This document shows positions 1 to 8,768 of a stretch of DNA of 64,000 nucleotides, in pieces. A program made the translations under genes and the position numbers. Source of the stretch: Candidatus Delongbacteria bacterium (GTDB taxonomy: Bacteria; CAIWAD01); the NCBI GenBank assembly GCA_963663545.1, contig OY760505.1, forward strand, positions 2,208,001 through 2,272,000. Reading direction: 5' to 3'. The number at the start of each line of letters is the position of its first letter. The first letter of the stretch is position 1. Below the pieces are notes generated by a model that saw only the letters and a list, made by a program, of their open reading frames with translations, made no database searches and was not told the origin of the DNA.

Positions 1-365
1 CGGGGCACTGCAGGAGTTTGGTGCCACCTGGGATGCGAAGTATCCTACAATCAGCAAAAGTTGGCGGGAGCGCTGGACGGACCTGGTGCCATTTCTCCAG
101 TATCCAGACGAGATCAGGCGCGTGATGTATACGACCAATGCGATAGAGTCGCTGAACTACAATATTCGGCGTGTGACAAAGACCAGATCAGCATTCCCTA
201 CCGTGGAATCGGCTCTGAAGCTGGTTTTCATGGTGATACAAAACATCGAGAAGAAGTGGACGATGCCCATTCGAAACTGGGGTCAGGCAAGGAACTACCT
301 GGCAATCAAGTTCGAGGGCAGGGTGCCGGCGTAAGAGGCGTTTACACGAAATTCCTGACAGGCCC
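1..365 (+). mobile_element. Right end of an IS256-family insertion sequence (left end outside window)
   Basis: Transposase C-terminus followed by GTTTACACGAAATTCCTGACAGGCCC (340-365), which resembles an IS256-family terminal inverted repeat. Confidence 0.85.
2..334 (+). CDS. IS256-family transposase, C-terminal part (5' truncated by window edge)
   Basis: Open frame from base 2: ...WDAKYPTISKSWRERWTDLVPFLQYPDEIRRVMYTTNAIESLNYNIRRVTKTRSAFP..., with the IS256 hallmark YTTNxIESLN. Confidence 0.93.
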   Translation, partial: GALQEFGATWDAKYPTISKSWRERWTDLVPFLQYPDEIRRVMYTTNAIESLNYNIRRVTKTRSAFPTVESALKLVFMVIQNIEKKWTMPIRNWGQARNYLAIKFEGRVPA

Positions 366-877
366 TTTGGTGGGGCATCAGGAGTTCTGGCCGAAAGGAC
401 TTCGTCGACACAATGAACCATCGCGACCATGTTCTCTTTTTTGCTGCCTTACAGCCGGCACTCTACCGGGAGTTTCTCCTTTCGATAAGCAAGTTGTTTG
501 ATCGAGATTCCCGATCTGTAGGTTTCCAAGCACTACGAAGAGCCCTTAATGAGGAAGACCGACGTGATCTAGCTACAACAGTATCGGGTGCATTCACCAA
601 GAATGGAAACGCAATTAACGCCATCTTGAACATCAGGTCTAAGTCATTGGCACACATGCAGTTGGATATCGGTGTAGATGATATCTATGAAGAAGTCCCT
701 GTTTGCTACGATGAAGTTCGTGCATTGATCGATGACGCGGCCGACGTTTTGAACTTGGTGGCCGATGTGACTGGATACAATTACAGGGTATCAAAGAAAG
801 ATTTGTTCGAGAAGGCAACCTTGAGTATGCTCGGCTTTCTCAAGGTTGGAGTTGATTGTTCGAACTGGAGCAGTTGA
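365..877 (+). pseudogene. HEPN (AbiU2-like) domain gene, probably 5'-truncated by IS256
   Basis: The 413..877 frame stays open upstream to the IS end (LWWGIRSSGRKDFVDTMNH...); contains LSISKLFD and an Rx5H motif (IRSKSLAH). Confidence 0.6.
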
Positions 878-1274
878 GCATGTATTACAGATGCTGACAA
901 ACTGATTTCCGAGACATGAACCGTCACAGAGATCGTCGCCTATTTCCAAGTATACCGTGACACAAATAGGTAGGCCAGCTCGCAGGTTTCTTGTACCATG
1001 AACTCCCTTCAGAAGCCGATCTTACACAGCTCCCACGCTTGGTACAACTCAAAGTAAACAAGACGCCGTGACGATAGGTGACCGTCACCAGAATCTTCAC
1101 CTTCGATTTCTTCCACGCAACACTCTCACCCACGAAAGTCGCCAAAACTCCAGCGCAGTAGCGGCTTCATCGCCATTCGTTAAACAACCTGTCTGGGAGC
1201 GGGCTGCAATCGTCGAGAATCCGCCACAAGCCGCATGTGACACAAACCGCCAACGCAAACCAGCCACGCCCGCA

Positions 1275-1310
1275 TAAAACAAAAGCCCCCGCCAATGCTG
1301 GCGAGGGCTT
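1275..1310 (-). terminator. Intrinsic terminator downstream of tRNA-Sec
   Basis: Hairpin AAGCCCCCGCCA-ATGC-TGGCGAGGGCTT followed by a T-rich tract on the minus strand. Confidence 0.65.
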
Positions 1311-1321
1311 GTTGTGTTTAA

Positions 1322-1420
1322 TGGCGGGAATGTCTGGGAATCGAACCCAGCCGGGACAGTTTCCGCTGCCCTACAACGGCTTTGAAGGCCGCGGCCGCCA
1401 CCAGGTCGGCATCCATTCCC
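1322..1420 (-). tRNA. selC: tRNA-Sec (UCA)
   Basis: Minus strand GGGAATGGAT-GCCGACCTGGTGGCGGC-CGCGGCCTTCAAAGCCGT-long variable arm-CTGGGTTCGATTCCCAG-ACATTCCCGCCA; 99 nt, TCA anticodon, 4-nt D loop, G discriminator, encoded CCA. Confidence 0.95.
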
Positions 1421-1473
1421 GTGTGTTCAATCTACGAAAAGAGGTGGCCTAGAAACCCGTTCGCTTTCGTGAT

Positions 1474-3114
1474 TCATCGCACCAGATTCAGGCGGCGGCA
1501 CTCACTGTGACCGAGGCCTTCAAGGCTCAGCAAATACATGCCGCTAGCCTGGCCGCTCAAGTCAAGACTGATGGCATGCGCACCCGCAGTCAGACGATGC
1601 GAAGAGCGTGATACAAGTGCGCCGCGAAGGTCATAGAGACGCAGGTCGAACGTTGCAGCCTGTGATACATTTATCTCAACTAGCGTTGTCGGGTTGAAGG
1701 GATTGGGGCGAATCTGCTTCAACTGCCATCCACTGACTTCAGGCTGAGCTGACGGTACGTCAGTGCTCAGGCCTGTTCCACGAACCGACAAGGTCTGCAG
1801 TGCTCCGTTCTGCGCGTTGCTCGACATCGTGACCAAGTCCTCGTAATCGCCCTCGTCCTCAGGATGGAAACGAATCGTCAACAATTCCACTTCGCCACCG
1901 TTGATCTGAACGGGAGCCGAAACAGTACTGTAGGCGTCCGTTCCCAGCGAGATGTAGCCGAAATTCAAGCGGCTGTGGCCGGGATTGTAGAGCGCCACGT
2001 ACTGCTCCAGTGTATCACCAATAGCACAGTCGCCGAAATTCAGCGCTGTATCACAGAACACGAGCTCGCGGTGAACTTCAGGATCCGGATCGCTGGCAAG
2101 CGACGCAATACGGTCCAGCCAACGCGGATGAATGATGAAGGGATTATGGTTGTGCTGCAAAGCGAAGATTGCCGCTTCTCGAGTGTACTCGGCGTCGTCG
2201 GGCGGATCCTGCTCGCTCCAGGCGCGCAGTACTTCTTCCTGACTGTTTAGGAAGCTGTAAAGATTGCCGTAACACAGCGCGAAGTAGAACATTGAGCGAG
2301 CGCAATTGCCTTTGTGCACATCGCGCGGTTCGAAAACGATCGTGCCGGACGCGTTTGTCCCCAATGAGCTACCGCCCTGACTCCACGTGCTGTTGACCAC
2401 TTCGCCAAAGGCGTAGTTGCCGCGCCTGCTGTTGGAAGCGTTTGTGGTTGGATAAAGGTGATACATGTCACTGCGCGCAGTTCCTTCGGCACCCATCGAC
2501 TGTGGCCAGGTGTGTTCGCAGTTCATGATGTTGGCATCAGGAATTCCGGACGTGGTTACAAGCGTGCCGGTATAGACGCACTCCACCTGTCCGTTGTGGT
2601 TGTCATACTCACCAAACATGTGCTGACGCGCGCCGGTGTAGCCGTAATCGGTGTGGCTCTGGATCAGCGACGCGAGTTCGTCTACCAGGTCTTCACCCCA
2701 CAGATTGGCGGCGTCGTCCCACAGGGTATCTTCCAACCTTGGCTGTGCGTTCAGCAGCAGGCAGGTTGGGCCCAGAAGCTGACTGGATTGTACCAGCAGC
2801 GGAAGGCACAAATCCAGATCTGTATCACAGGCAAGGCTAAGACTCACTTGCCCACTGGCACCAGCGAAGATTGTATCGGGATAAGAACTCACGGTCAGCG
2901 CAGAGTTCAGGCAGATCAGGTTGTCAAGACCGATATTGGTATCGCTGTCATTGTACAGCGTCAACTCCAGGCTGGAAGAGCCGATCGTGACACGCCCGAG
3001 TTCCAGGGCAGCTTCATCAGCGCGGAGGCTGGTTGAAGGAAGCAGAGTATCGGCTTGCGCGGACGCGACCAGCAACACTCCCGTCAGCAGGGTAATGGAT
3101 GAACGGAAAGACAA
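1474..3114 (-). CDS. Secreted endonuclease I/Bsn-family nuclease with Ig-like domains and a C-terminal FlgD-Ig/T9SS-like sorting domain
   Basis: Motifs NCEHTWPQS, DMYHLYPT, NSRRGN, KGNCARSMFYF, HNPFI; C-terminal RPNPFNPTT. Start placed at TTG 3114 (AGGAG RBS, signal peptide MSFRSSITLLTGVLLVASAQA). Confidence 0.85.
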   Translation of the reverse strand: MSFRSSITLLTGVLLVASAQADTLLPSTSLRADEAALELGRVTIGSSSLELTLYNDSDTNIGLDNLICLNSALTVSSYPDTIFAGASGQVSLSLACDTDLDLCLPLLVQSSQLLGPTCLLLNAQPRLEDTLWDDAANLWGEDLVDELASLIQSHTDYGYTGARQHMFGEYDNHNGQVECVYTGTLVTTSGIPDANIMNCEHTWPQSMGAEGTARSDMYHLYPTTNASNSRRGNYAFGEVVNSTWSQGGSSLGTNASGTIVFEPRDVHKGNCARSMFYFALCYGNLYSFLNSQEEVLRAWSEQDPPDDAEYTREAAIFALQHNHNPFIIHPRWLDRIASLASDPDPEVHRELVFCDTALNFGDCAIGDTLEQYVALYNPGHSRLNFGYISLGTDAYSTVSAPVQINGGEVELLTIRFHPEDEGDYEDLVTMSSNAQNGALQTLSVRGTGLSTDVPSAQPEVSGWQLKQIRPNPFNPTTLVEINVSQAATFDLRLYDLRGALVSRSSHRLTAGAHAISLDLSGQASGMYLLSLEGLGHSECRRLNLVR

Positions 3115-5516
3115 TGGACCAACTCCTGAATAGATTTCAGTTTGTAAAGCTGGTTCGCAAGGTAGTACTCCTTTTTGGGCCATTTGTCGTTCTAAATGTT
3201 GAATGGGCCGAGGCGGTGGAAGTGGTGCCTTCACTCGGTACCGATGTGGTTCGGTTGGAGGCTCCTTTGCCCTGTCGCGGCGAGTATCACAAGCCTGCGC
3301 AATGGCCAGACGATCGACCTGTAGTCGCTGTTGCCTTTGCCGGTGGGGGAGCGCGTGGCCTGGCGCATGTTGGTGTGATACAGGTCCTCGAGGAGGAGGG
3401 TATTCCCGTTGACCTCGTAACCGGAACGAGCATGGGTGGCCTGGTTGGCGGGCTTTGGTCACTGGGCTATGATGGCCAGCAGATCGATAGTCTTGTATCA
3501 CGCATCAAGTGGGATCAGATTTTCAGCGACGCACCAACACACTACGAACTGACGGGCAACGCACGCTTTCAGGATGTTGGTACAGTGCTTCGCGTCCAGT
3601 TGAAGGACTGGGAGTGGCATGTGCCCAGCGGCTTCATTGCGGGACGTCGCATCGAGGAGCTCCTTTCCGATTTAACCCTCGGCTACCACGGTGAACAGGA
3701 TTTCCTTCAATTGCCCAGATCGTTTGCCTGTGTTGCTACTGATGCCACAAGCGGTCAGCGTGTCTATATGACTCAGGGTGAGTTACTCTTTGCGCTCCGT
3801 GCTACAATGAGCATCCCAAGCATGTTCACTCCTGTGCGCATGGATAGCCTGCTGCTGGTGGATGGTGGTTTAGTGGAAAACAGCCCCGTCGAGCTGGCGC
3901 GACGACTTGGTGCCGATGTCGTCATTCTCGCAGGTCTGGAGCCGCCTCTGCGCAAAGAGGCAGAGATTGACAACATGTTTTCCATCGCTGAGCAGACCTT
4001 GACCATCACCACTCTTGAGGGCGAACATCGTGCTGCGCGCATGGCTGATCTTGCAATCATGTCGTCAACGGGTGATGTTACGACTCTCGATTTTCATCGC
4101 TATCGCGAGGTCATCCATCTGGGTTACCTCGCCGCTGACGGGTATCGGGAACGACTTCGCGAACTGCGGAGAGAGGTTATTGGCGAAAACAAACAGTCGG
4201 CGTTTACGCGGGTTGGCACTCGTGCGCAGTGTATCACGCCAGAGGATCCAGTTCACATTGGATGTCTGAGGCTTCGCTGCGATGTGAAGATGGACTCATA
4301 TCGCCTGCAGCGCATGATGGACCTCTACGTCGGTGAGACAAGGCCGCTTGCCGAGATCAAGGATCATGTGCACAGGCTGGTTTCGACGGGGGCTTTTGAG
4401 AAAGTAACGATGCAACTCGTTCCCGGTGATACAACGAGTCAGGGAGAGTGTGCATCGACGATGATCCTTGATGCGAAGGCAAAGCGTGGTTGGAACATGG
4501 AGGCCTTCGCGCGCTATAACGAGGCCAACCGCACGATGCTTGGGATACGCATCAATTGGTACTCGCCTTTTGGCCCTGGCAGTCTTGATCGCATGACCAT
4601 TTTGCTTGGTGGGCAGACACTGGTTCACGACGAATCCTGGATCGGTAACTTCCGTAACACAGGCCTCTATCTACATCCCAGTGCGTCGTACATGAGTCAT
4701 GAAGTGTTCATTCGCGACTCTGATCGCTCGAAGTTGGCTGGCTATCGTGATAGACGCTATGTGTTGAGTCTTGGAGCCGGATGGGTTGTTCGCAATGGTG
4801 CCAGATTGGAAGCGGGATGGTACTACGATCATTTTCTGGCAGAGCCGGAAGTGGCCTATTACTATTTCACGAGCGCGGAAATAACTGGCCGCGGTCTCTA
4901 CACGTGTTTCGATCTCGATCTTCGTGACACACGGGAGTTTCCCTCCAGGGGATCGCTCATCCATGCTCGCCTGAACTGGGCACCCAGAGTGTTGTACGAA
5001 AATGATTACTGTCAGTACAAGGGAAATGCGGCCGTCTACATTGCCTTGCCGGATCCATGGTTCCATTGTTCCGATCGTAAGTGTCACACGGAAACCGTTG
5101 AGCCGGTTCAGTCCCGTCCACTAACCCCGATCCCGATGGGGCAGCAGGGGGGAGACATTACGATTGAATTGACCACAAACTTTGCCCTACCCATATCGAC
5201 CGAGAGGTCGCACAGACAAATCGAACCCATCGGTGGGCCGACCGTTCCTGGGCTTTTTCGTGAAGAATATTGGCTGACCAAGTATGTCACAGGGAGCATT
5301 GGTCCTCGCATCTGGCTGAATTCGTTTATTAGTGTGAAGCCGGTGTTTGCATTCAGTCACTTGGCGCAATCAGAGATTCAACCCCTTCCGGAAGGTTCCT
5401 TTTCTTCCTGGGGGCTTGAGGTTGCAGGAAGAAGCTTGCTGGGGCCGATCAGTTTCCTACTGAGTCAACGCAGGAGCGAAAGCCTTCTGCTCACAGTGGA
5501 AATCGGTTATCAGTGA
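3114..5516 (+). CDS. Patatin-like phospholipase fused to POTRA and Omp85-like beta-barrel (PlpD/type Vd-like)
   Basis: GGGARG, GTSMG and DGG patatin motifs; C-terminal half of amphipathic beta strands with D.R..P..G motif, ending VEIGYQ; start uncertain (3099 or 3114). Confidence 0.85.
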   Translation: MDQLLNRFQFVKLVRKVVLLFGPFVVLNVEWAEAVEVVPSLGTDVVRLEAPLPCRGEYHKPAQWPDDRPVVAVAFAGGGARGLAHVGVIQVLEEEGIPVDLVTGTSMGGLVGGLWSLGYDGQQIDSLVSRIKWDQIFSDAPTHYELTGNARFQDVGTVLRVQLKDWEWHVPSGFIAGRRIEELLSDLTLGYHGEQDFLQLPRSFACVATDATSGQRVYMTQGELLFALRATMSIPSMFTPVRMDSLLLVDGGLVENSPVELARRLGADVVILAGLEPPLRKEAEIDNMFSIAEQTLTITTLEGEHRAARMADLAIMSSTGDVTTLDFHRYREVIHLGYLAADGYRERLRELRREVIGENKQSAFTRVGTRAQCITPEDPVHIGCLRLRCDVKMDSYRLQRMMDLYVGETRPLAEIKDHVHRLVSTGAFEKVTMQLVPGDTTSQGECASTMILDAKAKRGWNMEAFARYNEANRTMLGIRINWYSPFGPGSLDRMTILLGGQTLVHDESWIGNFRNTGLYLHPSASYMSHEVFIRDSDRSKLAGYRDRRYVLSLGAGWVVRNGARLEAGWYYDHFLAEPEVAYYYFTSAEITGRGLYTCFDLDLRDTREFPSRGSLIHARLNWAPRVLYENDYCQYKGNAAVYIALPDPWFHCSDRKCHTETVEPVQSRPLTPIPMGQQGGDITIELTTNFALPISTERSHRQIEPIGGPTVPGLFREEYWLTKYVTGSIGPRIWLNSFISVKPVFAFSHLAQSEIQPLPEGSFSSWGLEVAGRSLLGPISFLLSQRRSESLLLTVEIGYQ

Positions 5517-7495
5517 TACAAGAGCAGGAAGGATTTTTCGTGATACGCTTGCATGTGTTTCTGCTGTGTTCCCTGTTGCTGATCTCCTGTGATATCGTTC
5601 CCAAGGCACGCTTTGATACCGGCGCAGTTCTACCCATGTCTTCTGGAATTGTCGGGAGTGAATACTGGGCCGGTGTTGGTTATCAGGTTGAAACACCAGT
5701 TTCCGGCGCTCTGCCCGAAGTAAGTGCCGACATGGGAGGTGCTGGCTTTGAGGACTATGCTGTTGCGCATGGGTGGCAGACGCGTACAGATTCACCGCGT
5801 GACACAGATCCTGATGCGTTAGTTGGTGGACGTATTCGGTATCACATCACTGAGTATCCTGCCACGCTGCGGACCGAGGGAAAAGATTCGCAGACAGCGT
5901 TTCAGCGCATGATTCTCTGGGCGTGTTACGAGCCGCTACTGCGTATCAATGAGGTCGATCTCGGTTACGATCCAGCATTGGCGACCCATTGGAAGATTGT
6001 TCAGCGCGAAGAAGGCGGTCAGGAGCTCTGGTTTCGGCTTAACCCGGAGGCGCGTTGGCAAACCGGGCAGCGTATCACGGCAGAGGATGTCGTTGCGTCC
6101 TGGCGGCTGAAAGTTGATGAGGGTCTGCTGGCGCTGGGCGATGCAATTCAGTTCCGCGAGTTTAGCGAACCCGAAATCATCAGTCCCTACATCATTCGTA
6201 CCACAACGGAGAAGCAGAGTTGGAAGCAGTTCATGCTGTTTGCCACTCAGCTCTTTCTCTATCCCGCGCACATCATTGGCGACATGAGCGGCAAGGAATA
6301 CATGGACCATTTTCAGAATGATCCCGTTCCTGGAAGCGGTCGCTACTTGATTCGCACAGCTGATGTGAGACAGGGAAACAGTATCACGATGACTCGCGTG
6401 AGTGATTATTGGGACGATGCCAATCCGCAACGCAAGGGCGAGTACAACTTTGAGAAAATCAAGTTCGTCGTTGTAGGAGAAGAAAACCTGGCGCGCGAGA
6501 AGACGAAAAAAGGCGAACTGGATTTCTACTACGTGACACAAGCCAAATACTGGGTTCGTGAGCTGACTCCAGAACGTGTGACACAGATCGACATGGGCTG
6601 GCTGCGCAAGAAGCGTATCTTCAACGATCAGGCTACCGGCCTTCAGGGCTTTGTCTTCAATATGCGTGAGGCGCCTTTTGATGACATTCGCGTGAGACAG
6701 GCCTTCTGTCTGCTCGTGGATCGACAGACGCTCATTGAGAAACTCTTTCTGAACCAGTACTACCACCAAGACAGCTTTTATGCTGGCAGCCGCTATGAAT
6801 CACCGGACAATCCGAAGGTGCGTTACAATCCCGATGCGGCGGTCAAGCTACTTGAGGAAGCGGGCTGGGATCGACTGGATGAAGATGGCACTCGCATCAA
6901 CGCGGCTGGCGATCGCCTGGAATTGGATCTGATGATTGGCGAGGGAATATCCACCGAGCGCATTCACACCGTGATACGTGAAGGACTGCTGCGCGGTGGA
7001 ATCCGGCTCAACCTGACCACAACAACCTTTGCCACACGCATCAAGATGCTCGAGGATCGCAACTTCAAATTGTATTACGGCGCGTGGACAGGGTCGAACT
7101 TTCCGGACCCGGAATACACGTGGCATTCAAAGTATGCCTTTGGTCCCGACACGGGAAATGATTCGGGCTTCCATGATGCCGTTGTCGATTCGCTGATCGA
7201 CCTCTACGAAATTACCTACGATTTAGAACATCGCACTCAGCTTTTGCGAGCCATCGATAGCAGGCTCACACAATCCTATCCCTGTGCACTGGCCTGGTAT
7301 GGTCCCTATAGCCGCTTCCTCTATTGGGACAAGTTTGGCATGCCAGAGTGGGTTCTGCCGCGCACGGGTGATCGCAGAGACATTATTCGTACCTGGTGGT
7401 ACGATCCCGCCAAGCATCAGCGTTTGCGTGCTGCAATCAAGCAACAGCAGGCGCTTGATCCCGGTGAAGTGGATGTGAAGTTCTGGCAGGATTAA
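5513..7495 (+). CDS. Peptide ABC transporter substrate-binding lipoprotein (family 5, OppA/YejA-like), copy 1
   Basis: Lipobox LLISC; LNPEARWQTG..ITAEDV; FNMREAPFDDIRVRQAF; WWYDP. Start may be GTG 5540. Confidence 0.9.
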   Translation: MIQEQEGFFVIRLHVFLLCSLLLISCDIVPKARFDTGAVLPMSSGIVGSEYWAGVGYQVETPVSGALPEVSADMGGAGFEDYAVAHGWQTRTDSPRDTDPDALVGGRIRYHITEYPATLRTEGKDSQTAFQRMILWACYEPLLRINEVDLGYDPALATHWKIVQREEGGQELWFRLNPEARWQTGQRITAEDVVASWRLKVDEGLLALGDAIQFREFSEPEIISPYIIRTTTEKQSWKQFMLFATQLFLYPAHIIGDMSGKEYMDHFQNDPVPGSGRYLIRTADVRQGNSITMTRVSDYWDDANPQRKGEYNFEKIKFVVVGEENLAREKTKKGELDFYYVTQAKYWVRELTPERVTQIDMGWLRKKRIFNDQATGLQGFVFNMREAPFDDIRVRQAFCLLVDRQTLIEKLFLNQYYHQDSFYAGSRYESPDNPKVRYNPDAAVKLLEEAGWDRLDEDGTRINAAGDRLELDLMIGEGISTERIHTVIREGLLRGGIRLNLTTTTFATRIKMLEDRNFKLYYGAWTGSNFPDPEYTWHSKYAFGPDTGNDSGFHDAVVDSLIDLYEITYDLEHRTQLLRAIDSRLTQSYPCALAWYGPYSRFLYWDKFGMPEWVLPRTGDRRDIIRTWWYDPAKHQRLRAAIKQQQALDPGEVDVKFWQD

Positions 7496-7709
7496 TCCGG
7501 ACACTGCTGGCCAACAAGGGAATTCCCGAACCTCCATCTGTAAGACGATGCTGACATAATCGGGCTGTGATGACAGTTCTTGCATAACAAAAGACGGAGT
7601 TTTTTGAGAGCAGACAAGAAAGATCTTGCACTCCCACGGATACAGCTTTAGATTCGATTCCGATACCTCACCTCTACTAGACGGCCACGTCATTTCGATG
7701 GGAAGAATT

Positions 7710-8768
7710 ATGCGACAGACACTTTGCCTGCTGCTGGCGGCTTTGCTGCCCGTGGTTTCTGCTTCAGCAGAGACAATTCGTGTTTCCACTACTTGGTTGC
7801 AGAACAACACGTTGGAGGTGGGGAGCGGTGATTTTGCTGAAGTGTATTGCGAGCCCGACGGCCCTCCCGTCGAGCTGGCAAACATCACATGGACCGGCGG
7901 ACGACTGGAGTTTGAGGACTGTCGCATCGATGACAGCGGAAGCTCCAGGCAGAGTCTTCCTCTTGTGATACAAACGGGCCAGGAATGCGAGCTTGTGCGT
8001 ACAACCATCGATGGCTCGTCGACGGCGATATCCCTCCAGGGCGGGACTCTCTACACGGACGAAGTAACCTTCACTACTCCGCTGGCCATTGAGGCCTTGG
8101 ATCCCGCTTCAGTAGTCAATATCTCCAATACCAACTTCAGCATGTGTAACACGGCTGTTGTTGTAGCACAGGCCAACGAACTGCACTTCGATTCTTGTGC
8201 ATTCATCTGCAACGATCTGGCCCTTGATCTCCAGTGCTTCGGAAGTGCTTCCTTCACCGATTGTACTGTACAGGCGAACCTGAGTGGAGTTCGTATCACG
8301 GGCGACGCCTCGCAGGTCAGCTTCTTCGGCGAGAACATCTTCGCAGAAAACCGCGATTTCCACGTCGATAATCTGAGCTCCTACGCCCTCGACTTAGGTG
8401 GATCCTTGCTCTACGGGCGCGGCAAGTTTGGTGGCGTGGTGGATACAGGTGATACGCAGGCCGCAAATCCTGATGGGCTGATCAAGGCAGCTGATCCTGG
8501 TACTGGTGCTGAAGTTATTACCGACGGCGAAGCTATCGATGTGATTGCTTTGACTTGGAGCCCTTCCGCGATAACCAAGAATGGCATTCCCTGCCGCATC
8601 AATAGTTATCGTGTATACCGCTTAGACTCTTGGGGAAATCCTAGGGTTCCGTATGGTCGGACTTTTATAGCTGAGACTACTGAATGTGAGATAGAATTGG
8701 ATACTATCCCCGCCAATAGTGGTGTCTATTGTGTGGTTGCCGTTATGGGGGAATGGTCGGATGAATGA
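7710..8768 (+). CDS. Secreted protein with probable parallel beta-helix repeats
   Basis: Signal peptide MRQTLCLLLAALLPVVSASA; recurring F.DC.I/F.SC.F and N..F..N patterns. Confidence 0.6.
   Translation: MRQTLCLLLAALLPVVSASAETIRVSTTWLQNNTLEVGSGDFAEVYCEPDGPPVELANITWTGGRLEFEDCRIDDSGSSRQSLPLVIQTGQECELVRTTIDGSSTAISLQGGTLYTDEVTFTTPLAIEALDPASVVNISNTNFSMCNTAVVVAQANELHFDSCAFICNDLALDLQCFGSASFTDCTVQANLSGVRITGDASQVSFFGENIFAENRDFHVDNLSSYALDLGGSLLYGRGKFGGVVDTGDTQAANPDGLIKAADPGTGAEVITDGEAIDVIALTWSPSAITKNGIPCRINSYRVYRLDSWGNPRVPYGRTFIAETTECEIELDTIPANSGVYCVVAVMGEWSDE

Noticed and set aside
880..1280. Short ORFs between the HEPN gene and selC as an integrase or recombinase remnant
   Set aside because: No recognisable recombinase motif in the translated ORFs
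3115..3501. N-terminal extension of the 675-aa nuclease ORF
   Set aside because: Antisense to the patatin catalytic region; RBS and signal peptide point to a start at 3114
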